Source of the DNA: Tubulanus polymorphus
Taxonomy: Eukaryota > Animalia > Nemertea
Length of the DNA: 64,000 nt
Assembly: GCF_964204645.1 (NCBI RefSeq)
Contig: NC_134028.1
Span: forward strand, 26,842,345-26,906,344
Direction: 5' to 3'
This document shows, one piece after another, positions 1 to 13,804 of this stretch. The position numbers and the translations under genes are program-made. The notes under the pieces were generated by a model. It saw only the letters and a program-made list of their open reading frames with translations, was not told where the DNA came from and ran no database searches. Positions within the stretch are counted from its first letter, which is position 1, and each line of letters begins with the position of its first letter.

Positions 1-590
1 TTCGATTTATTTTAATTCGCGTTGAAATGTGACGCAACCTTTCCTTTTTTAGCAAATGCAGGACACGAGTCGAGTTCAAGGCATATTATGTTTTCTCGGT
101 TTTTGAAATTGCGTTGAAAAAACGGAAACGTGTTTTCTTATAACGAACCTGAATCGTGGTAAAATGAACATCTGCGACCGTGTTGCTTTTTTTCTACGTA
201 ATTCTTCAGAAATCGATCTCGAGTAAACGGGGTAAGTTTTATTTACGAAAGTCAATCAGAAAATGACAGTTTGTATTCTATCTGTCTCCAGGGATTGGAT
301 CATGGTTACGTTGTTCGTATACACGATTTCCCTCCTTCAATAAGTGTTTTACAAACCCATGAGATCTTCCGCAATCATCCTCTCCATGGATATCGTGGAA
401 CCTCTTTATTATGTATTCAGATCTCTACGGTTCATTGTGCTTTATTTCCTCGGTAAACAAGAGAATGACTCCCGTGAAAGTGTTCTCAATTAGAGGAATA
501 TCGTCATTAGTCCGCTGTATACTTCACAACTAATGAGTTACCGTTCGACTATAGTTTGTAACAGGAAATCTTACGACTGCGCGGTATATA

Positions 591-644
591 CAACCACAAC
601 AACAACAACAACAACAACAACAAACAACAACAACAACAACAACA
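591..644. repeat. (CAA)n microsatellite
   Basis: Near-perfect CAA run. Confidence 0.95.
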
Positions 645-1746
645 AAATTGAATTTCGAACATTTCACATATGCTGAATTAGTGATTACTATTCTGAAACA
701 GGGATTTATACTGTTTGTTACACTGACCGAATTCAGACAGATGCATATATCCCACAATAGTCTGCCTTTTCAAAAATCTAGAATATAAAAAAGATGCCAT
801 AAGATTTGATGGGTGGACCCCTAATCCTTCGAGGCCCCTCCCCCAATCTTAGGGGCTCCTTACGTAACTATACATATATAATGCAGACCGGCTGGTCGAG
901 TGTGTGATGTCGCTTTGAACATATTATTGTCTCTTCTTGGATCTTTATATAGTATTTCAGTAAAATTGTGTAATGGATACTTAACAGCGCCTTCTGGATG
1001 CGCTAGACTTGATCCATTACAAGATTATCGGTCAACAGGAACATTTTCTGTGAAAAATACTCACGTGTCTTCATACAGTATCCTAAAACAAGATTTATAA
1101 AAGTGTTGTTTTAATGTGTTTGCAATTTTCTTCTATTTCGGAATCCAATGAAAATAATGAAACATTTATTTTCTTGTAAATACTTTCACATAATGCTGGG
1201 ATAATAATAATTCATTATTTCTGACATTCTCTGACGAATCCGATCATCTCCACCACGACACCGCTTCTACTAGGTTAAGGACAGAGCCCTAGGGCTTCTG
1301 GTATATAATTGAGCAGGTAGGCTACTCGGTCGCAGCATTCTGTGTCTAGGTTGTTTCTTCTTTCAATCGCGGGATGAAAAAAGGCTCCAACAACATACAA
1401 TAATTAACCTTATCAACGGTGGCCATCTTCCGGCGTCCGTCGAGGCAGACAATCATCTATAATACCCGTTACACATCAAACATCTACTGGTGGTCATCGG
1501 TACACACGATAAACTCCTTAATAACAACTCTCACTCGCAGGAATAAACACTTCTTCACTAGAGACCGGTAAACAGTTCAGTTGCGAGAAGACATACGTAC
1601 GTTTATTCGCTTTGATCAGTGTTTTTCTCTTTGTCTGTGACGCGCGAGACACTACTGCACTGCCAGTTCTTTTTAGGTTTCGCACGAAGTGGCCATGTAT
1701 AAGGGGTTATGTGCATGGCTGTCTGTAAGCGTTAGATCGCCTCTAA

Positions 1747-1927
1747 AGCCCAACGCACACGAAATAACGCAGGGAAACGCAGAAACGCGTTTCCGAGCGT
1801 GTCCCCGCGTCGTGTGCGTCTACGAGAATCTACAATGATCGCATCGGGAAACAATGTTTCCCGGATCAGAATATTTGATTGTTTGTTTGTTTTTTTTGTT
1901 ATGTTTATCTGCGTTGCGCGCAAGGGC
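1747..1927. mobile_element. Foldback MITE family B, copy 1 (PIF/Harbinger-like)
   Basis: Starts taa|AGCCCAACGCACACG...GCAGGGAAAC. The internal TACGAGAA...TCGGGAAACAATG...ATATTTG matches the reverse complement of ~19550-19600. Right end degenerate. Confidence 0.65.
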
Positions 1928-1964
1928 AGCTAGCACGAGGCCTCCCCTTAGCGAGGACAAGTGG

Positions 1965-2241
1965 CTAACGGGAGGCCACCTATAAACTCCTCGTGAGACC
2001 ATCTTTCTATAAGCGCCTAACGCGAGGCCACCTATAAACTCCTCGTGAGACCATCTTTCTATAAGCGCCTAACGCGAGGCCACCTATAAACTCCTCGTGA
2101 GACCATCTTTCTATAAGCGCCTAACGGGAGGCCACCTATAAACTCCTCGTGAGACCATCTTTCTATAAGCGCCTAACGGGAGGCCACCTATAAACTCCTC
2201 GTGAGACCATCTTTCTATAAGCGCCTAACGCGAGGCCACCT
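1965..2241. repeat. Minisatellite, 52-bp unit x ~5.3
   Basis: Unit CTAACG(G/C)GAGGCCACCTATAAACTCCTCGTGAGACCATCTTTCTATAAGCGC starts at 1965, 2017, 2069, 2121, 2173 and 2225. Confidence 0.97.
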
Positions 2242-2401
2242 CTGTCTCCACATTTCATACCATATTCGAATTATAAATCTTTCCCGTCTAGTTTCAGCGA
2301 TTACGTTGCATTCTATGGAAGTTGGAACGAACCGAACGCAACAACTCGAAAAATCGTTGAGTGGTTTTATAATTCGCAGCACCTGTCACTATGTGAAGCC
2401 A

Positions 2402-2429
<28 letters not shown>
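2402..2429. repeat. (GCT)n microsatellite
   Basis: Perfect GCT run. Confidence 0.95.
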
Positions 2430-2432
<3 letters not shown>

Positions 2433-5400
2433 TTCGCGGTGAAATCCCAGAGAAGACGCTAACACTCGGTTCCGAGCGAAACACAGGCATTAATCTTTGA
2501 CCAAAATCGATCGTACAAAGTGTTTCATTTGTCTGGTTACACGGAGATACACGCGGATTGTTACGTAATGAGGCGAAATATTCCTGTCTGAAATAGTTCG
2601 CGATTTCGGTACAAGTTCAATCTCGTTAGTTGCGATGGTCGAGCAAAGGATTCGATGAATTATTATCAATGGAAAACAAATATACATGAATTATCTATCT
2701 ATTATTATTATTATTATTATTATAGTAATTCCCATTAAAAGAGTACATTGCGTACTATATGATGATGGTATTTGCCGGACATGGTTCAGTCCCAACCCCC
2801 CCCTTCCCTCCCGTAGTGTTAGAATAAAATCATTTCCAATAGTTTCACTCCTGAGTCTCAAATTTAACCTAGAACTTTGAAACCGGATCCGGATGTTTAG
2901 TTGTATACATGTATTCAATGTGACGAGATAATGATATTTCATATTAAAATTATGATATTTGATATTTGATATATCATTTTATATTTACCTTACCTTGTAT
3001 GGTTGTTAACACACGCTTTTTCTGTGACTCATCTTTGACTCGTCGACGATTCGTGTGTATTTTGCCCTGAAGTTTATCATCTTTCTTTGTTTGTTACCGT
3101 TGTAAAAGATCTGCTTCTATTACATATCTTAACTTATACAACCGCCTCGAAACATCGAGAACTCGTGCATCGTCGCGATGGCAATTTTTGCTGTTCGCTG
3201 TTTGACAAATGACAGTTCATTTTATCCTCGGTTTTTGTACAGGAAAGTAAAACGCCGTCTAAAAAGATGACAACTTTTCTCGCTGTAATAAACCCCGGGC
3301 GTCGGTATACCTGCAATATTTCACAATATACGAGGTTTTAAATAGTTTCGATTAAATGCTCAAGGCCGAAAGCTCATATTTACAACGATTTGATAGCTGA
3401 ACCGTGATATAACCGACTTCTTTTCCGAGTCTTATTAAATCTGGATTATAACGAAAACGTTTCTTAAGCGCGGCAGTTTGTCAAAATCTATCAACTGTCC
3501 GCTGGAAAATAATTGCAGCTTCTTCTATTAGATTGTAGCTAAAGGCGGACTTGTTGGTATATACGTATCTAATTACATTACATCGCTCCTTGTTCTGGTA
3601 TCAAATACCAGTCTACTCAGAACTGGTCAACTTACTCAAGTCGGTAGAATTTTTTAAAATTCATTTGGGGAGACCTTTATTACCCTGATTTTCAACTCCG
3701 GTCAACTCAGCGCATCTTCTTGAGATCTTTTCTTCTGAAAAGGTCTGTTTCGATTCAAAGGTGAGTTTACGGTCTCAACGTTCGTTCGAGTATCAAGTTG
3801 AAGTTTTGCGGAAATACAGAATCCATCCATGTTTGTCTGGGTGATTTTTTGTCTAATTGATTTCTAGACTCGATCACGATAGCGAGCGATGGACGATACA
3901 ACTGAATGAGACCGACGCGTCCACGGCGCTCGTCATTCAAATCCAAATACATTCTACTGACCATATCAGTGCATACACGAAATAAATACATGCTTCGGTC
4001 CAAACATAGAAATGCAACTTGAAGGGCACGACGTCTTCGTGACGTCTTCTGCAGCGCCCTCATCGGCGGCTGCGATAAACAATAGATTCGTTCTCGGTAA
4101 TATTCTCGATGAGATTTTCTCCGGGAGCATTCAGAACAGCGTTTATATAGATTTAATGAAGATTCAAAAAACTCTAACAGATCAATAAGATTAGAGACAG
4201 AAAATCACTTGTTAATTACAACCTGCGAGGGCGCTTAACGTAACACAACGTTACTAGCGGCACCTAGCGCATTTTTGAAACGTTACATGTCTATGGCCGA
4301 AAGAACATACAATTATAACAAAATAAAAGAGGCAACGTCCTCGTCCATACGAACCTGGCTTGTATTTTTCCTTGCATTTTTATAGCGCATTCTACTCTGA
4401 AAGAATACGACTCGGTCGGAAACGAAATCTATAATTATTTGCTCGTTTGTCATTTCAGCCTTGGATAAAGTTGTCATCAACAGAGAGCGGGAGTTCTTCA
4501 CTACGGATACCGGCTCTGCGGGGATATAATACATCGTAAAGGCGATAAAACTGAGGCTATAATAAAAAAAAGAAATGTTTCAGTTTTTATAAAGGTTCCT
4601 ATTTTCATATAGCGCTCACTTAATTGGCCTCATTATAAGATAACACCGTTTGACACGGTTACCATGGGAACATTCCGATATCATGTTTACGTTCTCCTTT
4701 ACGTTACAGTTTTAAATACATATACACGTGACGTCATAATAGGATCGACCTGACGCGTTCTCTCTAGAATGAGTTTAATTTTCTGAAATCGATTTCGACA
4801 AAGCTCGTCCCGTGTCCTTCTCTGCATAATCATACTTGTCGCATCAATAGGCCTGATATAGACCTCGGTGCAGCATCTATTCGTGGTGGGTGCGATTGTA
4901 AATAACGCGGAACAGCGAGCGCCGTAGAAGCCTCCTGGGTTTGGAGGTTGCCCGAAGGAGATTTTGAAAATTGAGCCGTTTCAGATACATTTCCAGTTAA
5001 TCTAAACGAAGATTTCATCCAATGAAGTCACTGAAACACTACCGTAATCTAATAAATTATCTTTTACGAAAAATGACGGGACCTGCGGAGGCAGGGCGTT
5101 CGTATACCCGGGAACAGACCTGTGATGAGTTCTATAACCGAGGAAATAGAATTAAACTTTAGCCCCCTGATGTGAGACGGATCTGCTGATGACGTGTTAG
5201 ATAGATATTTGAAGCCGTGTTGGTTGTTTGTCACGTGGGTCGTCTCGACGTGTATCGGTTCAGTGAAATGTCGTAACACTAATGATCTGAATAATACACC
5301 ATTTTTTCACCTTTGCAGACATCGCACAGATAGACGGACGTGTAACAGCTGAGCTCTGTGTCTTGTAGCAGATAATTGAGCTGCGATTTCCTTTTTTGCC

Positions 5401-6867
5401 AAGTCGCCGAGACTTCAGCACTGATTGATAAATATTGTGAAGCATCCGGTTTGTGTCGTGTTGTCGAACACCTATTTGTTTCTTTATTCAGATTGATTTG
5501 AAATTATTGCTACTGTTTTAAAACGTAGTCTGAATGATTGGTCGACAATAAAGTTGAATTGTATTGTATTTATTCGCAGAACGCTAAGACACGCTATTGT
5601 TAGTATAGTAATTCAAGTCTCTAGATTGTAGACTGCACGAACCCGCTCTACTAAAATTGTAAGCAATTATTGCTTCGAGCGCGCAAGCGCCCTAACCCGA
5701 ACCTCTGGACCTTCTAAAGCCTAAACCCTTCTTTGCCCTAAGGCCCTGGACCCTATTGTACAGTAAATATTTTCTACGGTTCAAAAAGCCACCATTTTAT
5801 ACAGACAGATGGCCACTGATCGGCGGCGTAATAGACGAATGAAGGGTCTGCGGCCAGACTTTATGTCTCCTTCAGCTCAACCCCTAAAGACGCAACGTGT
5901 AATGCTCTTTCGGTGAGTGATTTACAAGAGGGAAATCTTGATTAATCATTGGTGTTTTATTTTATCATCAGCTGTCAAAATTATATCTTAGTAAATCCAT
6001 AGTTGATAGAAACGTCACTCACAAAATATATGTGATTTACTCGATCTCATTTTCAGCAGAGGTGATTTCTCGACAAAAATGACTACCGTACGAAAATAAG
6101 AACACAGCGAAATTAAAACACCATTTTGTTCATATATCAGGTAGATTTATTTACAATCATTATTACCTTATTATTGGATAATTTATTCATAATAATATAA
6201 TATATTTTATTACTCTTACAATATATATTTAATAATACGTATTTATTTAAGATGATATCATTAACATTTAACAGCTTAAACTTTCATAATAACGTAACAT
6301 TTTACAACTTCAATAATCAACGTATAATTTACATAATGTTCGGCGCAGCACAGTTTAATACGATTGTATTCAATTGAATAAGTCGTTAATGTATCAAATA
6401 TATAGAGTACGTTTAGATAAAACTACAGTTAATCAATTCGCTAAAAGAAAACATTTTCTAAATTGCTAATTAATCTAAACAACATTCTATTAACGATGAA
6501 GCTAAGATTTGTTGTTTAATATGATTTAGTTGTTAAGAGCTAACCAAATTAGATCATTTTAGAGATCGTCATTATACGTGACGAATATCAAACTGAAATT
6601 CGAAGAAAAAAATAGAAAATATACATATTTACATTCATTGTAGAAATAATATATACATATAAATTGAAAACCGCTGCAGAGGTCTTGCGCGTGGCGTTTA
6701 AGTTTGTAAGCCAACCAGCGTTCGAAACTTGTCGTTCATAACAATAAACGATAATCAAGGTATTTACGGACTTCAGCTAATACGAAATAATGAGTTATTG
6801 TGTTTGACCAAAGATACGGCGATGTCACTTCGAAAAAGTACGTGACTGCAAGACCTTCGCACAAGAA

Positions 6868-7100
6868 CCAGTTCCAGAGTATCGTTTGATTCCAGACTTG
6901 AGATGAGTCTTTTGCGAGTCAAATCTTAACCGAGAAAAACTGTGAAATAAAGAAGTTTCCTGTTTCTAGGCGCCATTTTGTGGCGGTCTCTCGAGGTCCC
7001 CATTGTTGCGATAATTTGCGCTCATTTTTAAAACATTAGTTTTGATTGAATTTCATATAACATATATATTCTTAACCGAGAAAAACTGTGGATATGGACC
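6868..7100. mobile_element. Hairpin MITE family A, degenerate copy interrupted by a 125-bp insert
   Basis: Left arm CCAGTTCCAGAGT. Right-arm sequence GAGTCAAATCTTAAC...AACTGTGG...TGGACC matches 48384-48419. A 21-bp direct repeat lies at 6924-6944 and 7070-7090. Confidence 0.6.
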
Positions 7101-7467
7101 AAGGGCATATACGTCATTCTGATAAACGTGTAACAATATTCATCAGTGAAATACTGAATACATGGAGCAGTTTCATGAAACACGTACTCCAACCAAGCTT
7201 ATTTCATACAACAATTACATACAATTTCACGTGTAAGGTTTTCTGTAAATTAAATACGACGATTTTTATGTAATATAAACCCCACAATTGAAGAAACCAA
7301 AAATTTTAAATTGTATTTGATACCAACAACTTTTTCTGATGTTCCCAACAACAATCAACAGGTGACAAAACGAGTAAAAGCAACTCGAAATCCCCAATAA
7401 ACCTCAGCCAAACATTCGTGCAATATAATCAATCGTCCATACTCTTCATAGTTTTAGGCTACAGCGT

Positions 7468-7507
7468 GGAGGGAGGGGGAGGGGTGGAGGGAGGGGGAGG
7501 GAGGGGG
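7468..7507 (+). other. G-rich tract with G-quadruplex potential
   Basis: GGAGGGAGGGGGAGGGGTGGAGGGAGGGGGAGGGAGGGGG: more than four G3+ runs with short loops. Confidence 0.7.
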
Positions 7508-9258
7508 CTGTCGAGTAAATACGCGATAATGATGTATTTTTTGTAACACCACGAACTCATAAACGCTTTAGATAACGCTCATGACGGAGATAGGTGTTTA
7601 CATATACTTACTCTACGTGCGACCGCTCGAGATTACTGTGTGCTGTAGTGTGTTAACGCTCTTAAGTAGAAACAATTTGATTATTCTGATTCGAGCGTAG
7701 TCGAATAAACAAACTCTTACAATCAGTCACACCGTTCTTATCTTTAGCGAAAAGGACCCGCATAAAGACGAAGCGATGACCGCTCGTCGGCCTTAAACGA
7801 TAAACGGCTTTCGTGGACCATGTTCATTCTAAATATCTCATAAATATTCAAGCTCGCTTGGAATATATTTTCACGCAGGGTTGATATTATCTACGTAATT
7901 CATCGGATATCGGTTGGTAATTAATTTACGGTCGGGATAGATAGCCTGCGGTCTCCGTGCGACCGACGTCACCTAACGATTTTCCTCCCATATTTTTGAT
8001 ATTAATCACCGCATCCGATAGTCATGCGTATTGAGTACATAAAAAACCAGCGCGTAATAGCCTCCGTATATACATCAGTGTTCGCGATTACAACGAGCAG
8101 CTATTTGTAAAACATGACATACGAAACAAGTTGAATTTGCACGACAGCAGTAGCGCGGAAATAGTAATCTTTTTGCCCTGTTTACCGGAAATATGACATC
8201 TGTATCGGCCATATGGAACATCATTCATTTTTAGTAGCAATGCACTTTTTCGATGACCGAATCGTGCCTGGAGGCGTTAGTTTGAATCGGCTATCTGCGT
8301 CGTGTTGTTGTTGTAGCTCGCAAACACTCGTTGCCAATAGACGAAGCTACGTCATATAAATTTACTAAACTTTACTTAGAAATTTACAAATTATTAATAT
8401 ATTTGTCTTAGAGTCTAGATACGTGTGCAAAAAGCCGGGCAAAAACACAAGGAGCAGTTGATTTTTGTATGACACATGACGTCATGGTTTGTGACGTCAT
8501 GGTTTGTTTGTCCGTTGTAACAAAAGACGATACAGTCGTTTTTGCGATACCGAATCTACGGCGTATGATACAATTATGAATATTTTGTCGATATGGCAGA
8601 TTCTTCGAGTGAAAAAGCACACGACTGCGACACATTTCGCGCGGACTACAATTAACAATGAGCAAAATCTCATTTAAGAGACCAGTCCACTTTCTTTGGG
8701 AAAGTCGAAATAGTTTACAAAATTGTTTAAAACTAATTCGCATACATAATTATCACTGTCAATGTTCTACCGATCCCCGATGAGTTACGAGTACGAACTT
8801 GTTTGTCGAAGAGAAATCAGATTATGTTTCTACATAAGTTATATGACGATAAAGGCTTCAGTGTCACTGATTTGTATTATATTAGACGCAGTTTCTGGCT
8901 GGGCGTTGTCCATAAATTGTGGGTCTTCATCTCTTCAGAATTATATCTTTGAGCGTAAGATATCGTTTATGAGTCTTCCTCTTGTTTGTCTCTTATAAAT
9001 CAAATATATTTTAAAAACAAAATCTTGCGACATTTGATGACGGAAACCTCGTCATCTAACACGACAGTGAGATTTTTGTAAATTGCAGAATCAGGCTCTA
9101 AAAGCTCAATAACGACTTCGCTGCACCACACCTGCGCAAGCAACGTAAACGATTACGTTTTTTTTGTCAACGAAAAAGATATTTGATACAAACAATGCAA
9201 AATAATACTGTAAGTGTGATTGAGTAGTTATGAAACTCGGTGTAACGGGACACGACGG

Positions 9259-9345
9259 TCCACAGTTAAGTTGACTAATATCAGACCCGAGATCAGTGAA
9301 AGTGAACTAATTCTAACCATGTAGTCAAACCTGATCGACAACTGG
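9259..9345. mobile_element. Degenerate relative of hairpin MITE family A, reverse orientation
   Basis: TCCACAGTT...CAACTG ends. The central GAAAGTGAACTAATTCTAAC is the reverse complement of the family A loop region. Confidence 0.45.
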
Positions 9346-10781
9346 TTTAACTATACGTCCTGTAATAAGCGTCCAATTAGAGCTTTTGCAGAATATTTCG
9401 CTAAATTAACCACGGCCTGTTAGTCTTAAAAGGCATATATCGAGTTTCGTCACACTTTTGTTTGAAGGGCGAGGAGCTATATTAGTTGCTAGGTGAACTG
9501 TGGCGTTGAGTATATAGAAGTGGTACTGAGAAGTGAGTGGACACATGAATGTAGGATCACTCGAGAAGTTTATCAGTGTTGTTGAGGTTGCCACGTACAG
9601 CCAAACTTACAATACGTTTGATGGTACTTATCTTCGCAACACTCGTTTGTATCGCGGAGGTGAAACTATCAATAATACCGACACAGTCAACACAGTCAAC
9701 ACGGCGACGCAGTGGCTGTTTTTCACATGTTTAGAAAGAATACTTGTACTAATCGCTGCTCTTTATGCACCAATCTATGGTACCTGGAGCCAGTCTCAAA
9801 GACTGGGTATCTAATGTATCCTTATTGGGCAGACTCGTAGTATAGGGGTAACGATGAACCACCAAACATCCCAAGTCAACTTTCGAAAATTAATGATTTT
9901 GCAGAAGGTGAATATAATCCCAGGCTCGTATGCTCTCCCAGTCTTCCTAGGCCTATCGGATACTTAGGACCTGTATTGGATTTTTGGATTTTATTGATTA
10001 ATGTTTACTTCACATTTCAATGACGACAAAGCTCTGAAAGTAAACCATTTATAGTTTAAACCTATCCGTGAAACTGTTCCCAAAGAGGCTCCATTTATAT
10101 CCTCCACACATTTATAAGACTAGACCCTGGATATATATGGGCATATGCATGACAAGATGATTTCTTAACCGAATTTCCGTCGAGGAATTGCAGCCGTCTT
10201 TCATATCGAGCACATAAACCAAACCGTCCTTTCACAGACGTCCAGCTCATCAGTAAACACACTCTGATATATAATAACTCATTTCGTCTGTCCATACCAC
10301 TGCGTTATTGCTGGTTATATTGCGGCTAGCCTTTCTGCGCTCTGGCATTTTGGTGTTCGCCGATAATTTGTTTTGTCGTTAAGTACATTCCCTACAGATC
10401 GTCGCGACTAATGACTACGCTTCCTACTAATTTAGACGCGGACTATCATCTATTGTTATTACAGGTAAGTTATGTCGGTAAAGCGGCATCCCTTCAGGGA
10501 GACCACATGCAGTGTGTACAGCACTGGCAACAAACCGATGACAAATTGTGCAATATCCGCTGAAAAGAAACCGCACGACGATGTGATGGCAACTTCAATT
10601 AGTTCAGTTAAAATGTCACCAATCGAAGCGATTTTGTAAACACCTAAAACTCATTAATATAATGAAAGCCCGAATTTATATTCCTATCGGTGCATTCTGA
10701 TCAATAATTAGTCGTATCCGTTAAATCGACAAGGGATCGATAATGATAAGGACTACTGTCTAAACATGCTACTACCAGTAT

Positions 10782-10893
10782 CCTGCACCCTTCAAACAAT
10801 CAGCTCTCTGTACCCTGCACCCCTCAGACAATGTGCTCTCTGTACCCTGCACCCCTCAGACAATCAGCTCTCTGTACCCTGCACCCCTCAGAC
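10782..10893. repeat. Minisatellite, 32-bp unit x ~3.5
   Basis: Unit CCTGCACCCCTCAGACAATCAGCTCTCTGTAC at 10782, 10814, 10846 and 10878. Confidence 0.93.
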
Positions 10894-11710
10894 CCATGGT
10901 ATATGTGTACGAGGACCACTCGAGTGTGAGACATGAAGGGACAGGGAAGACTAGCTGTTCTCCTGTCTGACCATGTTTAATCATGTTAGGAACAGAAGCT
11001 GGTTTTATTTTTAGTTCGGGATCGAGACGATGCGAGTTCAATATACTGAACGCGTAGGAGGGAAGTGCGAGAAACGCGAGACGCAGTTCTCAAACATCAA
11101 TTCACCAGACCACGATGATGATCACTACACGAGCAATCTGTGCACATTTCTTCTAGTGTTTACCTACTACAGCGTGTATTACCGCCGTATGTGGCGATAA
11201 AAAAACAATATCATTAATGGGAAAAAGTCGAACGCAAATGTGAACGCAAATGTGTTGACCACGATTCAGTGATATATATCTAGTTAAAAATCTTGTGTTG
11301 AAGTAAAGTCAACTATTATGAAATTATGAAGAGTTTCGACTCAGGAACAATTATCGAATCTGTTTTCAATTGGCGAAACGGCCCCGCTATCCCTTACTGC
11401 CTCCATGATTATGTGGTTTAATCCCGACGATATCTCGAAAAGTCGAATTTCGACCTAATAACTGAACGAATGATCTCGTATGTCACCTACGAGCCTCCGT
11501 AGATCCGCCGATGTAAACTGTTCTTTTAAGTTAAAAAAAGTCCAACGAATAAATAGAGTTTTAATTATTCATACAGTCGACGCTCGAAGCCGGATACGTT
11601 ATCTTTTTATTTCGTAAGATCAATAAATAAACAATCAGCGTGCATACGACACTTCCATACATTCATCCATTCATTCGCTAGCGTCTATCACGTGACCACC
11701 ACCTCCAACT

Positions 11711-11991
11711 CAGTCGGTCGTTCGGTCGGCCGGCCGGCCAGCCGGCCGGCCAGCCAGCCAGTCAGCCGGTCGGTCGGCCAGTCAGTCAGTCAGTCAGTCA
11801 GTCAGTCAGTCAGTCAGTCAGTCAGTCAGTCAGTCAGTCAGTCAGTCAGTCAGTCAGTCAGTCAGTCAGTCAGTCAGTCAGTCAGTCAGTCAGTCAGTCA
11901 GTCAGTCAGTCAGTCAGTCAGTCAGTCAGTCAGTCAGTCAGTCAGTCAGTCAGTCAGTCAGTCAGTCAGTCAGTCAGTCAGTCAGTCAGTC
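11711..11991. repeat. (CAGT)n tetranucleotide microsatellite with a degenerate CGGT/CGGC/CAGC 5' edge
   Basis: About 210 bp of perfect CAGT units preceded by variant units. Confidence 0.98.
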
Positions 11992-12568
11992 GATAAATAA
12001 TCATCACTCTGCCTATTTCTCACCCTCTACTACAGCTCATTACACATTCATTGGCCTTTGCACAACCGTACACCCGAGCCATTGATCACTCAACAAACAT
12101 TTCAACCAGCTAATGCTACATTTCAGCCATGGTCGCTGACGTCACTCATCCGTAAAACAACCGTCAAATCACATCAACACATCTCTAAATGCCCGAACAT
12201 TTTCACTAGGACTTCGGCGACTCATGACGTGATTTACCACACCGTCGAGTATATTCAATATTTTTAAAAACAAATGCAATCGACCGATTTCTCAGTTCTC
12301 TTTCAGCGTTTGTCGTGTGATTTAGTTACGACGACAATCGGGCGGACCTGAAACGCCTACGAACGATGAAGCTCCGTATTGCGAAATAAAGATGAACAGA
12401 GAGGGCTGTGACGAATTAACAATTCAACCCAATATGCAGATTTTGCGAGCTTAGAAACTGATTTCATCATAAGGACATCTACAATCTACCTGCGCCATGT
12501 TTTTGGGCACCACTTGAGCGTCCGCATTGTTGAATTATTTATTCCGTTCACATATTTGGTAGATGAAC

Positions 12569-12591
12569 CAGGGAGTCTTCCCACCTCCCTG
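12569..12591. mobile_element. 23-bp CA...TG mini-element (family D) with a 7-bp flanking duplication
   Basis: gatgaac|CAGGGAGTCTTCCCACCTCCCTG|gatgaat. Shares TCCCACCTCCCTG with 15944-15979. Confidence 0.65.
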
Positions 12592-13724
12592 GATGAATAA
12601 AGAAACAAAGCTTACTGATGTTTGGTTTACTAACTGCATTCAAATGTGAAACCCCTAGTGAAACAACATAAGTGAAGCGGGTACTCGGGAATATTTGGCA
12701 CCTGGCAGAAATGTTTACGGAAGATAAGATCGGTGATGAGAATACTTATCGCCACCCTATCGAACGATTTCATGTGAAGGGATCTAAAGACGTCTGATAC
12801 ACGCTGTTTTATCACAAGTTGTTCATCTTTGAACATTATGGGCGATATAATTACTGATCTAGTTTTGCTTAATAACGGAGTTTACCAGCACGAGTGATCA
12901 ATGTGTATTCGGCTGTGCGTCGACGAAATTTGATTTTTATACGGCCTTTAAAGCAATGGCGTTCCGGCCATTTCAAACAACAGAAGACATTGCCCGGGCA
13001 TTCATGTTGAAAATAATCAAACCTTCTTACTATCTGCTACACGTAATATAAGCCACAACGTTAATACTCGAATAAAAGAACGCAGAACAGACTATAGACG
13101 TTAATTAATGATAAACCCGATCAGTGTCTAAATACATATAACCCGATATGAAAATATCTACTTATTTAATGATTATCTCCTGATCCAACCTCCTTTCTGG
13201 GAAATATCGATATTTTTGGAAATGTTGTGAATCATTATCATTATCATTTTTGTCTCTCTGTTGATGGCGTCTAGTTGAAAAAAGATAAATGTATCTAATC
13301 AACATGAATTGTGCGGGTGCAACTTTGAATATAACTGCGAATACATCAGTCTAGGTGTTAAGCCACAACGGGTCGAACGAAAGAAGTAGATTGACGTGTG
13401 TGAACGGTTATCGTGTACCGATAAGATACCGATAAGAACTCGCTAAATTTCGTCGATGGCCACATATTCTACAAATCTGAGAAAATCTTGTCGAAGAAAA
13501 AATAGAAAACGTATTCTACAAAAGGAAGTTGTATTCGCTGAAACGCGTTACCATGACAACCTGAAGGGGAAATCGTCGGTTGAAAGGTTGCAAGGTATTC
13601 CGCGAGGTGGCGCTCTTTGTATGTACTTCCGGTGTAGGCATGTTGAATTCAGGAGACTCGAAGCTTCTGAGCTAAATATCGCCGAGAAAAAATAACGTAA
13701 GATTTGGCATATGGGAACTGGCGT

Positions 13725-13804
13725 ATGGGAAACCTCCAAACCTCCATATCGCTACTGCGCAGAGACTCCTTTTGTGGCAAGTGAGGATCCGCCAGGTGTC
13801 GCCA
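13725..13804 (-). mobile_element. Family C repeat fragment (GGATCCTCACTTGCCACA motif)
   Basis: Reverse complement reads GCGACACCTGGCGGATCCTCACTTGCCACA...CAGTAGCG, matching 26112-26150, 50873-50918 and 61547-61607. Confidence 0.75.

Noticed and set aside
1965-2241. CRISPR-like array
   Set aside because: Units are head-to-tail with no unique spacers, there are no cas genes, and the context is eukaryotic. The same applies to the arrays at 10782, 17925 and 60679.
11692-12000. SQSV-repeat ORF
   Set aside because: Translation of (CAGT)n
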